NCBI GenBank assembly: GCA_032718475.1
Contig: JAUCBJ010004103.1
Location: 1 to 47,994, forward strand
Reading direction: 5' to 3'
DNA length: 47,994 nt
DNA from: Nemertoderma westbladi
Taxonomy: Eukaryota; Animalia; Xenacoelomorpha
The notes beneath the pieces are model-generated. The model did no database searches, was not told where the DNA came from, and worked only from the letters and a program-made list of their open reading frames with translations. Each line of letters starts with the position of its first letter. Position 1 is the stretch's first letter. The translations under genes were made by a program, and so were the position numbers. This document shows, one piece after another, positions 33,901-46,480 of the stretch.

Positions 33901-36211
33901 ACGGAAACACACCCCTATTAAGGCGATGTGGAATTGCAAAATTTTCAATCCAAAAACTACAACTCCAGATACAGAATTTCCGAGGAAGCGCGAAATAAAT
34001 CTCGGACTACTGCAGAACGACGAGAGACTCAATCATACATACAATCTGCTAACCGAAAACCGAACAGATGAGGCATATTTACTCTTATCTAATGCGATAA
34101 AAGAGGCGGCACCGGCTCTTAGCGACACGAAACGCTTCTCTAAACGCTGGTTTGACTCGGACTGCTACCGCAAACGGCGCGAGGTTTTATCTATTCATAA
34201 TGCCTCAAACGCAGATTCTTCGAAACGTGCTCAGTTATGTGCTAAGAAACGCGAATACAAACAACTCCTCAGAGATAAACAGGAAGAATATGCTCGTTGC
34301 ACCGAGGAAAAGCTGATTGCCGAGGCTGAAGATAACCCATACAAATGGTGCAAAAAGACCACTTCAAAAAGCAGCTGTCCGGTTCCATTAGAGACTTGGG
34401 AGGAACACTTCAGTAAAATTCTAAAAGGGGAGGACTCCTCGGAGGATGAAGGCAACTTGTCCGAGGAAGAAACTACGACGAACGGAAGTTTATTCACAGA
34501 AGAGGAAGTCGCTTCTGCTTTAAAAGACAAGAAATCGGGTAAATCAGGTGGCCCAAACAAGCTTCCTTACGAACTCCTTAAAGGCGCTGTCCCTGTAACA
34601 CTGATCCTTTGGACAGCGCTCTTCAATTTATGTTTGTCTACCGGAACGTTAGTAACATCCTGGAAAACCAGTCTCATGTTTGTGCTGTACAAGGGGAAAG
34701 GTTCTAGAGCCGTTCCTGACAATTATAGAGGAATTTCGTTACTACACAATGCGTACAAATGGTTAACATCAATCGTTGAAAAAAGACTACGTAAACTGGT
34801 ATCCAGTAAGATTCCCGCAGAACAGTTCGGCTACATGCAGGGCAGGTCAACGGGGCAAGCGATCGCCCAGTTCATCAACAGAATTCACATCAATCTATCA
34901 TCACCCCGGCAACCATTATACGCGGTATATGTAGACTTTCAAAAGGCGTTCGATTCTGTACCAAGGCCAAGATTACTCACAAAGTTGAAAACACATTTTA
35001 ATTTAAAGGGAAAACTTCTAAAACTAATTGAGGCTATTCTATCAACAAATTATATTCAAATTTTCGATGGATTACGGGTATCCAAAATTATCAAACAAAC
35101 TCGTGGCGTTTTGCAAGGAGACACACTCAGTCCTCTACTCTTTATTTTGTTCATATTCGATATAGTTGACTACATAAAACGAGCAGCGAGGTATATTGGT
35201 GAGATTATCGTTCTTCTTTTCGCCGATGATTTACTCTTCTATAGCGATTCACGCGAAGCAATTCAAGCTGGTCTTGATTCGATCGCGATATGGTCCTCAG
35301 AAAATGGAATTAAAGTGAACCTAAGTAAAACGGCGGTGATGAAATTCCGGCGTGGTGGCAGGCTTGCAGCGGCGGATAAATTCACGTATAACGGTGAACC
35401 CGTATCAATAGTCAATTCTTATAAATATCTTGGAGTCACTTTTCAACCCACAATGAGTTTCTCTAAACACATTGTAATCACCGTATGTAAGGCACTTTCA
35501 GCTTCTCATTCAATTCGATCCCCTCATTTACTTTCAGTTTCAACAGCACTTAAATTATTCACAATCAAAATTCACCCAATTATTACTTATTGTTTTCGGG
35601 AAACTTGGCCATTTCTAACAGCTGCAAATTTGCACCAATTGGACAAAATAAAATCGAGTTTTATCAAAAAGGTAATACAGGTGCATAAATCTACACAGAA
35701 CCGACTAGTCTTAGCAATTTGTGGAGAGGAAAATCTTATAATCGAACTAGTTGAACGTCTCAATCTGCCGCATACAACTGAATTCAAAAAGTATAAAGAA
35801 GTAATTTCAGCTAAAACAAACGAAATCAACCCTGACTTTTGGACTAGTTCGGCATTTATTGATTTAAATTGGACTGGTCCAAACCGCCCAAATAGACACG
35901 TTACTACGCGTTACGCGATACACGGGTTCCACCACCGAGTATGTCAGAACCGGGACTTTCACATGGTGACCACCGATTCTTGCGTCTGTGTGCTGTGCAA
36001 TGGACCAGCAACGCTGTACCATCTCGATTCATGTACCCACAACAGCTGGACATTGCGTCAATGGGCCACAAACTCTGAATTACCCCCCCCCCCCCCCCCC
36101 CCCCCCCAATCATTAATCTCATAAATTAATTTTATTTATATTCGTGCATTAATTATTAACATATTTGTGTATATATTTTACTTGCCTTTGGTGCCTCTCG
36201 CGGGCTTAATT
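33901..36211 (+). mobile_element. 5'-truncated young LINE in intron 2, 19-bp TSD
   Basis: ATTAATAGGATGACACAAT at 33882-33900 and 36212-36230 flanks an uninterrupted RT ORF. Confidence 0.92.
33926..36124 (+). CDS. Non-LTR reverse transcriptase ORF2 lacking the endonuclease (frame open from 33902)
   Basis: WFDSDC, NYRGISLL, QFGY, VDFQKAFDSV, GVLQGDTLSPLLF, LFADD, YKYLGV; C-terminal CVLC..H..C. Confidence 0.9.
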   Translation: MWNCKIFNPKTTTPDTEFPRKREINLGLLQNDERLNHTYNLLTENRTDEAYLLLSNAIKEAAPALSDTKRFSKRWFDSDCYRKRREVLSIHNASNADSSKRAQLCAKKREYKQLLRDKQEEYARCTEEKLIAEAEDNPYKWCKKTTSKSSCPVPLETWEEHFSKILKGEDSSEDEGNLSEEETTTNGSLFTEEEVASALKDKKSGKSGGPNKLPYELLKGAVPVTLILWTALFNLCLSTGTLVTSWKTSLMFVLYKGKGSRAVPDNYRGISLLHNAYKWLTSIVEKRLRKLVSSKIPAEQFGYMQGRSTGQAIAQFINRIHINLSSPRQPLYAVYVDFQKAFDSVPRPRLLTKLKTHFNLKGKLLKLIEAILSTNYIQIFDGLRVSKIIKQTRGVLQGDTLSPLLFILFIFDIVDYIKRAARYIGEIIVLLFADDLLFYSDSREAIQAGLDSIAIWSSENGIKVNLSKTAVMKFRRGGRLAAADKFTYNGEPVSIVNSYKYLGVTFQPTMSFSKHIVITVCKALSASHSIRSPHLLSVSTALKLFTIKIHPIITYCFRETWPFLTAANLHQLDKIKSSFIKKVIQVHKSTQNRLVLAICGEENLIIELVERLNLPHTTEFKKYKEVISAKTNEINPDFWTSSAFIDLNWTGPNRPNRHVTTRYAIHGFHHRVCQNRDFHMVTTDSCVCVLCNGPATLYHLDSCTHNSWTLRQWATNSELPPPPPPPPQSLIS

Positions 36212-36504
36212 ATTAATAGGATGACACAATTTGAGTAAACATTAGAAACAAGTGATTCCTGCTTAGTAGTGTTGAGGTGGTTCGTGGTCGTAAATACGGG
36301 TGAGGTATACTTTCCCGTAAATCACACCCCTAATAATAGGTACTGGATTTATATACACTTTACATAATTAATGTTTACAATAAGTGTAAGGTGTATTCAT
36401 TAAATAGAACAACATGACTTTCTGAGTATTCAAAAACATGCAACCTTCGATCGGCGTATTTCCGTTATTTCGAAACAAAATTCAGATTATACATTTGGAA
36501 TCAC

Positions 36505-39500
36505 TGCCACTTCACCTTTTTGGAGATGTGCGACTGGTGTAATATGAAAGATATTGTGCCACTTCACCTTTTTTGAAGATGTGCGACTGGTGCAATATGA
36601 AAGATATTGTGCCACTTCACCTTTTTGAAGATGTGCGACTGGTGCAATATGAAAGATATTGTGCCACTTCACCTTTTTGGAGATGTGCGACTGGTGCAAT
36701 ATGAAAGATTTTGTGCCACTTCACCTTTTTGGAGATGTGCGACTGGTGCAATATGAATGATTTTGTGCCACTTCACCTTTTTGAAGATGTGCGACTGGTG
36801 TAATATGAAAGATATTGTGCCACTTCACCTTTTTTGAAGATGTGCGACTGGTGCAATATGAAAGATATTGTGCCACTTCACCTTTTTCGAGATGTGCGAC
36901 TGGTGCAATATGAAAGATTTTGTGCCACTTCACCTTTTTGGAGATGTGCGACTGGTGCAATATGAAAGATTTTGTGCCACTTCACCTTTTTTGAAGATGT
37001 GGGCTGGTGCAATATGAAAGATATTGTGCCACTTCACCTTTTTTGAAGATGTGCGACTGGTGCAATATGAAAGATATTGTGCCACTTCACCTTTTTGGAG
37101 ATGTGCGACTGGTGCAATATGAAAGATTTTGTGCCACTTCACCTTTTTGGAGATGTGCGACTGGTGTAATATGAAAGATATTGTGCCACTTCACCTTTTT
37201 TGAAGATGTGCGACTGGTGCAATATGAAAGATATTGTGCCACTTCACATTTTTGGAGATGTGCGACTGGTGCAATATGAAAGATTTTGTGCCACTTCGCC
37301 TTTTTGGAGATGTGCGACTGGTGCAATATGAAAGATTTTGTGCCACTTCACCTTTTTGGAGATGTGCGACTGGTGCAATATGAAAGATTTTGTGCCACTT
37401 CACCTTTTTGGAGATGTGCGACTGGTGCAATATGAAAGATTTTGTGCCACTTCACCTTTTTGGAGATGTGCGACTAGTGCAATATGAAAGATTTTGTGCC
37501 ACTTCACCTTTTTTGAAGATGTGCGACTGGTGCAATATGAAAGATATTGTGCCACTTCACCTTTTTGGAGATGTGCGACTGGTGCAATATGAAAGATTTT
37601 GTGCCACTTCACCTTTTTGGAGATGTGCGACTGGTACAATATGAAAGATTTTGTGCCACTTCACCTTTTTGGAGATTGCGACTGGTGCAATTTGAAAGAT
37701 TTTGTGCCACTTCACCTTTTTGGAGATGTGCGACTGGTGCAATATGAAAGATTTTGTGCCACTTCACCTTTTTGGAGATGTGCGACGGGTGCAATATGAA
37801 AGATTTTGTGCCACTTCACCTCTTTGGAGATGTGCGACTGGTGCAATATGAAAGATTTTCTGCCACTTCACCTTTTTGGAGACGTGCGACTGGTGCAATA
37901 TGAAAGATTTTCTGCCAAGATGTGCGACTGGTGCAATATGAAAGATTTTGTGCCACTTCACCTTTTTTGAAGATGTGCGACTGGTGCAATATGAAAGATT
38001 TTGTGCCACTTCACCTTTTTGGAGATGTGCGAATGGTGCAATATGAAAGATTTTGTTCCACTTCACCTTTTTGGAGATGTGCGACTGGTGCAATATGAAT
38101 GATTTTGTAACACTTCACCTTTTTGGAGATGTGCGACGGGTGCAATATGAAAGATTTTGTGCCACTTCACCTCTTTGGAGATGTGCGACTGGTGCAATAT
38201 GAAAGATTTTCTGCCACTTCACCTTTTTGGAGACGTGCGACTGGTGCAATATGAAAGATTTTCTGCCACTTCACCTTTTTGGAGATGTGCGACTGGTGCA
38301 ATATGAAAGATTTTGTGCCACTTCACCTTTTTTGAAGATGTGCGACTGGTGCAATATGAAAGATATTGTGCCACTTCACCTTTTTGGAGATGTGCGACTG
38401 GTGCAATATGAAAGATTTTGTGCCACTTCACCTTTTTGGAGATGTGCGACTGGTACAATATGAAAGATTTTGTGCCACTTCACCTTTTTGGAGATTGCGA
38501 CTGGTGCAATTTGAAAGATTTTGTGCCACTTCACCTTTTTGGAGATGTGCGACTGGTGCAATATGAAAGATTTTGTGCCACTTCACCTTTTTGGAGATGT
38601 GCGACGGGTGCAATATGAAAGATTTTGTGCCACTTCACCTCTTTGGAGATGTGCGACTGGTGCAATATGAAAGATTTTCTGCCACTTCACCTTTTTGGAG
38701 ACGTGCGACTGGTGCAATATGAAAGATTTTCTGCCACTTCACCTTTTTGGAGATGTGCGACGGGTGCAATATGAAAGATTTTGTGCCACTTCACCTTTTT
38801 GGAGATGTGCGACGGGTGCAATATGAAAGATATTGTGCCACTTCACCTTTTTGGAGATGTGCGACTGGTGCAATATGAAAGATTTTGTGCCACTTCACCT
38901 TTTTTGAAGACGTGCGACTGGTGCAATATGAAAGATATTGTGCCACTTCACCTTTTTGGAGATGTGCGAATGGTGCAATATGAAAGATTTTGTTCCACTT
39001 CACCTTTTTGGAGATGTGCGACTGGTGCAATATGAAAGATTTTGTAACACTTCACCTTTTTGGAGATGTGCTACGGGTGCAATATGAAAGATTTTGTGCC
39101 ACTTCACCTCTTTGGAGATGTGCGACTGGTGCAATATGAAAGATTTTCTGCCACTTCACCTTTTTGGAGACGTGCGACTGGTGCAATATGAAAGATTTTC
39201 TGCCACTTCACCTTTTTGGAGATGTGCGACTGGTGCAATATGAAAGATTTTGTGCCACTTCACCTTTTTGGAGATGTGCGACTGGTGCAATATGAAAGAT
39301 TTTCTGCCACTTCACCTTTTTGGAGATGTGCGACTGGTGCAATATGAAAGATTTTGTGCCACTTCACCTTTTTTGAAGATGTGCGACTGGTGCAATATGA
39401 AAGATTTTGTGCCACTTCACCTTTTTGGAGATGTGCGACTGGTGCAATATGAAAGATTTTGTGCCACTTCACTTTTTTGGAGATGTGCGACTGGTGCAAT

Positions 39501-41063
39501 ATGAAAGATTTTGTGCCACTTCACTTTTTTGGAGATGTGCGACTGGTGCAATATGAAAGATTTTGTGCCACTTTACCTATTTGGAGATGTGCGACTGGTG
39601 CAATATGAAAGATTTTGTGCCACTTCACCTTTTTGGAGATGTGCGACTGGTGCAATATGAAAGATTTTGTGCCACTTCACCTTTTTGGAGATGTGCGACT
39701 GGTGCAATATGAAAATATTGTGCCACTTCACCTTTTTGGAGATGTGCGACTGGTGCAATATGAAAGATATTGTGCCACTTCACCTTTTTGGAGATGTGCG
39801 ACTGGTGCAATATGAAAGATTTTGTGCCACTTCACCTTTTTTGAAGATGTGCGACTGGTGCAATATGAAAGATTTTGTGCCACTTCACCTTTTTGAAGAT
39901 GTGCGACTGGTGCAATATGAAAGATTTTGTGCCACTTCACCTTTTTTGAAGATGTGCGACTGGTGCAATATGAAAGATTTTGTGCCACTTCACCTTTTTG
40001 GAGATGTGCGACTGGTGCAATATGAAAGATTTTGTGCCACTTCACCTCTTTAGATGAGCGACTGGTGCAATATGAAAGATTTTGTGCCACTTCACCTTTT
40101 TGGAGATGTGAGACTGGTGCAATATGAAAGATCTTGTGTCACTTCACCTTTTTTGAAGATGTGCTACTGGTGCAATATAAAAGATTTTGTGCCACTTCAC
40201 CTCCCTAGATGTGCGACTGGTGCAATATGAAAGATTTTGTGCCACTTCACCTTTTTTGAAGATGTGCGACTGGTGCAATATGAAAGATTTTGTGCCACTT
40301 CACGTTTTTGGAGATGTGCGACTGGTGCAATATGAAAGATTTTGTGCCACTTCACCTTTTTGGAGATGTACGACTGGTGCAATATGAAAATATTGTGCCA
40401 CTTCACCTTTTTGGAGATGTGCGACTGGTGCAATATGAAAGATATTGTGCCACTTCACCTTTTTGGAGATGTGCGACTGGTGCAATATGAAAGATTTTGT
40501 GCCACTTCACCTTTTTGGAGATGTGCGACTGGTGCAATATGAAAGATATTGTGCAACTTCACCTTTTTGGAGATGTGCGACTGGTGCAATATGAAAGATT
40601 TTGTGCCTCTTCACCTTTTTGGAGATGTGCGACTGGTGCAATATGAAAGATTTTGTGCCACTTCACCTTTTTGGAGATGTGCGTCTGGTGCAATATGAAA
40701 GATTTTGTGCCACTTCACCTTTTTGGAGATGTGCGACTGGTGCAATATGAAAATATTGTGCCACTTCACCTTTTTGGAGATGTGCGAATGGTGCAATATG
40801 AAAGATATTGTGCCACTTTACCTTTTTGGAGATGTGCGACTGGTGCAATATGAAAGATTTTGTGCCACTTCACCTTTTTGGAGATGTGCGACTGGTGCAA
40901 TATGAAAGATATTGTGCAACTTCACCTTTTTGGAGATGTGCGACTGGTGCAATATGAAAGATATTGTGCCACTTCACCTTTTTGGAGATGTGCGACTGGT
41001 GCAATATGAAAGATTTTGTGCCACTTCACCTTTTTGGAAGATCTGCGACTGGTGCAATATGAA
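36505..41063. repeat. 52-bp satellite array, ~88 copies, intronic
   Basis: Unit GTGCCACTTCACCTTTTTGGAGATGTGCGACTGGTGCAATATGAAAGATTTT, highly homogeneous. Confidence 0.97.
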
Positions 41064-41146
41064 GGGAAATACATTTTTGAAACACGTGGAAATCGAACAT
41101 TAAAATTCTAACTCACCTGTTATGAAAGGACGCGGTTGTCTAACTA

Positions 41147-41183
<37 letters not shown>

Positions 41184-41793
41184 CTTGTGTGATATTTTGT
41201 GACAGGGGGAGGGGGGGTCGACTTTTGTGACGGTCACAGCGATGTTATATGTTTTACGGTAATGTTCTACGGTATGCTTTAATGTTACCTTGACTTTGAC
41301 TTGACACATTTGTAGATGAGTGCCAAACGTTAAGGAAAACAATAAACTCAATAACATCGAGTATAATCGGTAAATTGAGTAGGACTCTGTAATTTACCTG
41401 TTATTAATATAGATGAACACTTGACTTGGCCGTAGGAAAATACGATTGAATGTATTTTATATTGTATTTCAGCATAACAAACATTGTGTACTAAATATTA
41501 TTAACATAAAATATTTTTTGTTTTGGGGGGAAGTACAAATTTACTTATGAATGTTACAGTGGGAGAGGGGTTCGAGCTTGCGTGACACTTTGAGGTAGAG
41601 AGGGGAGGGGGGGAGGGTCAAAAATTAAGATAATCTCAATAGCATTCCATGAATTTTTAAAATTGATAGAGATTGAGCATCGCGCAGTTCTTGTGGAAGC
41701 GAATTTTTCCAAATAGTAGCGGCCGACACCGAGAACGCTCGCTTTCCGTAGTGATTAAGCCGATGTCGGGGATCGTTACTCTATCTACTTTTT

Positions 41794-41879
41794 ATTATTA
41801 TTTAAATTATATCTATTGTTTTACAATTATTATTTAAATTATATCTATTGTTTTACAATTATTATTTAAATTATATCTA
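41794..41879. repeat. 32-bp AT-rich tandem repeat, ~2.7 copies
   Basis: ATTATTATTTAAATTATATCTATTGTTTTACA at 41794, 41826 and 41858. Confidence 0.8.
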
Positions 41880-41963
41880 ACATTATCTAATACTTCAGCT
41901 ATATCTATTACATTAACTAATATTATTATCTACAATTAATTATCCTTATTTATTATGTTTCAG

Positions 41964-42242
41964 CACTGCTTCGCCCCGTCTAACACACCAGCAACTCCGC
42001 CAAACTTTCCCGACGCCCTCCTCGCCCTGTCCCAGTTGTCCGCGTCCAGCGGGGGCGACCCCCAGCGGAACCCCCCGAACTCAATGCCGATAGCACGGGG
42101 TGGCGTCGCCCCCCGAGAGGGGGACCTGATGCTGTCCCCCCAGAGCCCCCCTCGGGGGGTGGCTGGCACACCGGTGGGGGGCGGCAACGGGGCGGCATTC
42201 TACTTCCCCTTCGGTATGGAGGTCGAAGCCCATCAGACGTAG
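41964..42242 (+). CDS. UBALD1: UBALD homologue, last coding exon
   Basis: TTTCAG acceptor; HCFAPSNTPATPPNFPDALLALSQL matches the UBALD signature PSNTPATPPNFPDAL; TAG stop; spliced product 164 aa. Confidence 0.9.
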   Translation, partial: HCFAPSNTPATPPNFPDALLALSQLSASSGGDPQRNPPNSMPIARGGVAPREGDLMLSPQSPPRGVAGTPVGGGNGAAFYFPFGMEVEAHQT

Positions 42243-45200
42243 ATGACGCCACAGTATATATGACGTCATTGAGTGGTGACATCATTCGTGTTGTGTCATT
42301 TAATCAACCACAACGTGTTAGTGGCCCCTCGCTTTAATCCCCTTCGTATTTATTTATACGTGACTCGGTCCAGCAATATACTAATAGATGTATCAGGCCA
42401 ACTACATTATGTATTATTGTATTGTCGGTGTCGCATGTATTAAAATGAAACATATCTTGTAATTGAAAATAGAACTAAATGGAATCCTCCACCATATGCT
42501 TTTATGGTGGACTTTGTTTATGAATAGCTTAACTAATACTATAAACCGCCCACTCATGTCCATGTATTTATACAACTAACATATTGGAAGAGCAGTTGTT
42601 GTTGTGTGTGTGTGTTGTTTTCTTATGGTATCTCAGGCGTTGTGTATTATTTACATTATCTTTCTGTGCTATCTTTCCCTCGTGACAATAATTTAACCAT
42701 CTAAAAACACTCCAAAATATCGTTACACAGTTAGTAAAGATATAACTTAGCTAAGTGTCATATACGGCCCTAAAGTCAATTTTTGTCGGAATTTACTTTT
42801 TTATACAATTCGCACACAACACTTTAAGACATGCTATTCAGCAGGTTCAAGCTGAAACTTGGCAGATATGAAATAGACCATTAGCTGTGCCATTCAAAGG
42901 GGGTTAATCCGTCTACAGTTCTCCAGTCTGCCGTTAGATGGCGAAGTATCTGATAGTAACCTTGTTCTCCCATTTCGGTATTTATGATCCGTTCAAGATG
43001 AAACTTGTCAGATATTCGCTAGAACACTTTCTGTGTTCCACTGTAACATCTGCTTATATTTTGTTTATAATTATTTTAAGTTTACACTTAACAAAAGTTT
43101 ATGTCAAGTGCTGCGCGAATGTGTGGATGACAAGTATGTATGGTGTGCTATTTGCGCTGTATAGTGTGCTATTTGGGCTGTATAGTGTGCTAGTACAAGT
43201 TGTTTGTGGGTGAAAACACAAAAAAGTGCCCAGAGGCTGTGACACGGGTTTGGACCATTTTTTCTATGTGTTTTGTTTATAAACCACATATAAATTGCAA
43301 ACCATCTTGTAGAGAATTTATCTGTGATTCTACTGCACGTTATTTTTTTTATAAATTCAAATTTTTGACCGATCTTTAGATTTTTGAAGTTGTAAAATGC
43401 TCGATTTTGATTTGTCCATAGTTCAATTTCACTTCTTTAGGGAGTCAACAGGTCCTATTCTACGAAAAAATTACCAGTAAAGTTGTATATCATTCGAAAG
43501 CCCACAAAATTCTCAGTCCTTTCATGCAAAAATAAGGAGGTTGCGCCACATCCCTACAGAGTAACAGATGGTAGAGTGATTGTACCAGATTTGTGATTCA
43601 ATACTTTTTTGTGTTTTTACCCTTGTACTAGTTTTATGTTGTGCATTTTATTATGATGATTTAATTCAAATTTTGATATTTTTATAATTATATAGCTGCG
43701 GTCTAATAGTTGCTATGATTAATAGGATGTACCCGACCCGAGCTGGTAGAGGTTTCCATTGATTTATTTATAACTGGTGTTGGTCATCCAACTTGCTATA
43801 ATTTACATACTAAAGCAATTAACTACATATTTAGCGGTTTACATATTACCCATATAGAACCGGTTGTTCAAAGAACATTATTTTTTAACTCAGCAGTTAC
43901 AGTTAAAGAGATATTCATTGGCCAGTTCAAATTATTGCGTTATTCAAACACTTTAATTTGCTTTGTTCAATTAATGCGAAAAGAAAATCGGAGGTTTAAA
44001 TAATGGGTAGTTAACTTTGAAGTATGAATGCTACGCCGGGTTCACTGTGTCAATTACAATGCACACAACTCCAACCAGATACTATATAACTTTGGAGGTG
44101 TCTCATTGGTTACCCCAAGCTTGACTTGGCCCCATGGAGAAAATAGCATGGTGGATAGCCCATGACTTTCGTGAGACGACTCCTAAAGGACACTGGCCTT
44201 GAAGATGCGGAAAATCTCGCGAAAGTCATGGGGGATAGAGAGTTGTGGCGGAGCAACTTTGTTGATAAGCCGGCATAGCATTCTTAATGCATGCTGCATT
44301 GGGCTTGCCAATTGTGGATTGCATGGTGGTGACAAAATGTTTATGTTAAGCCGGCATAGCATCTCAATGTGCAATTTCAATGCAGCAGGCCGATTATACT
44401 ATTAGTTAAATTTACCCGTTGTTCAAAACTGTATTTTTTAATGTTAACTTCCCTGTGAGAAGTTAACTGCCCATTTAGTTTGAGCAAACAGCACACATTT
44501 TGGTCAGGTCAGGTTCCCTAATTTTTGCTAACACTTTGTCATATGAATGATGCAAGGAGTTTTCCGACTGCCACTATCTTTGAGATTCTACTTGATTTCT
44601 TGTCTTAACAAACACATAAACATTGGATTTATTGTGTTATTATTGTGCTTTTATGTTGCATTTACTGTTGGTTAACTACTGATGTAACTTGTTTTATTTT
44701 CTTTAAAATCTCATTACGAGCTGTCGGAATATTGTTTTTTCCTCAATGTTACTTTATTTTATTTCGTATTGTATGTAGAAGGCCTGGGTTAAAATAAGTA
44801 GAGGCATAACTGTCGACATACATAGAGTTTTTTTTTGATGTTTTATATTTTTCGAAAAGCTCAGTTAAAAATATTTAATGGTGCAAAAATGTGTCTGCCT
44901 GCCTGTATGTTTGTGTTTTATTGGCTACAGATTATAAGTACATATTTTATATATGTCTAGTTTACTTACTTACATAGAATTTATGTAAATATTACAGGTT
45001 TCCAAGATATATTTAATTAAATCCTACATTGATACTGTGTGTTAGTTGATTAGCTAAGATTTAAATATATATCCACGTAATTAATTATTAAAGTACATAT
45101 TTTCTCGTGAGTTCTTTCCTTATATTATTTCAAGGTGTGCCCTGGATTATTTATATTTAATCTTGTTATAGTTTTCTAGTTTATATACAGAATAAAAGCC

Positions 45201-45616
45201 ATAGATATATTTCTGTCACCTGTGTAATAGTAATATTATATGCAGCATTAATGTTTAAAATTATTTCACATTATTATATGTTTGTTTATGTACGTTATAT
45301 TGTTGTACACACACAGCCTTACATATTACAACTTGTATATTTATTGTGCATTAAAAGGCCCAACAACCGGTATTTAGTTTAATTCTCACCGGTTCTGGTA
45401 TTATTGTGTATGCGAGAGAAAAATCTTTGTGATTTTAGTTTGTTCAAATTGATAATTGTTGTCCTTATAACGTTTATATTACACAGTTTTCTAATATAAT
45501 TGATATTATTTCGTTATGTAATAATTGTATACTACTTTTCTGAGATGGGGGTGGGGGGGGGGGGGGGGGGGTGCTTGACGCAAATCCCTTTTAAGGAAAA
45601 TAGCAGTTAACTGTTA

Positions 45617-46270
45617 TTCTAATCAAAACAGAAGTCAACAAAGATTCTAACCAAAACAATAAACTAAAGTTAATAGAACATATTACAATTTTATTTCTGC
45701 GAGTAACCAGTTGCTATTAAAGAAGTCAAAGATTCTAACCAAAACAATAAACGAAAGTCAATAGAACAGGTTACAATTTTATTTCTGCGAGTACGAGTAA
45801 CTAGTTGCTATTAAAGAAATCAACAAAGATTCTAACCAAAACAATATTCGAAAGTCAATAGAACAGGTTACTATTTTATTTCTGCGAGTAACCAGTTTAT
45901 ATTAAAGAAGTCAACAAAGATTCTAACCAAAACAATAAACGAAAGTCAACAGAACAGGTTACAATTTTATTTCTGCGAGTAACTAGTTGCTATTAAAGAA
46001 ATCAACAAAGATTCTAACCAAAACAATATACGAAAGTCAATAGAACAGGTTACAATTTTATTTCTGCGAGTAACTAGTTGCTATTAAAGAAATCAACAAA
46101 GATTCTAACCAAAACAATATACGAAAGTCAATAGAACAGGTTACTATTTTATTTCTGCGAGTAACCAGTTTATATTAAAGAAGTCAACAAAGATTCTAAC
46201 CAAAACAATAAACGAAAGTCAACAGAACAGGTTCCAATTGTATTACTGCGAGTAATCAGCTGTTATTAAA
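45617..46270. repeat. 91-bp tandem repeat, ~7 copies
   Basis: GATTCTAACCAAAACAAT recurs at 45643, 45731, 45828, 45919, 46010, 46101 and 46192. Confidence 0.9.
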
Positions 46271-46299
46271 GTTAAGAAAGATAATTGCCATATCAGAAG

Positions 46300-46480
46300 G
46301 GGTCCTTGGTCCCACAACCTTTACGAAACCAATTCTGATTTCCACAGAGCAGTCTCTCAATGAGATCCCTAATGCGATAGAATTATAAGTAGGCCTATAT
46401 CTTTGCAGCAATCGAGATCAATGAGATTCCACGAAAAGATCCATACAGTGTTAGGTTGCCCTTCTTGGGAACTGGCACTT
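46300..46480 (-). pseudogene. Degenerate LINE RT fragment (RTE-like)
   Basis: The minus strand reads VPVPKKGNLTLYGSFRGISLISIAAKI and, after a disruption, NQNWFRKG. Confidence 0.6.

Noticed and set aside
36487-41103. Dozens of 60-130 aa ORFs
   Set aside because: Translations of the 52-bp satellite.
41110-41630. Harbinger-like MITE with G-rich ends
   Set aside because: Suggestive motifs, but no definable TIR pair or TSD.
42690-43770. piggyBac-like non-autonomous element
   Set aside because: Only a weak TTAACCATCTA / TAGAGGTTT end match, and no TTAA on the right.
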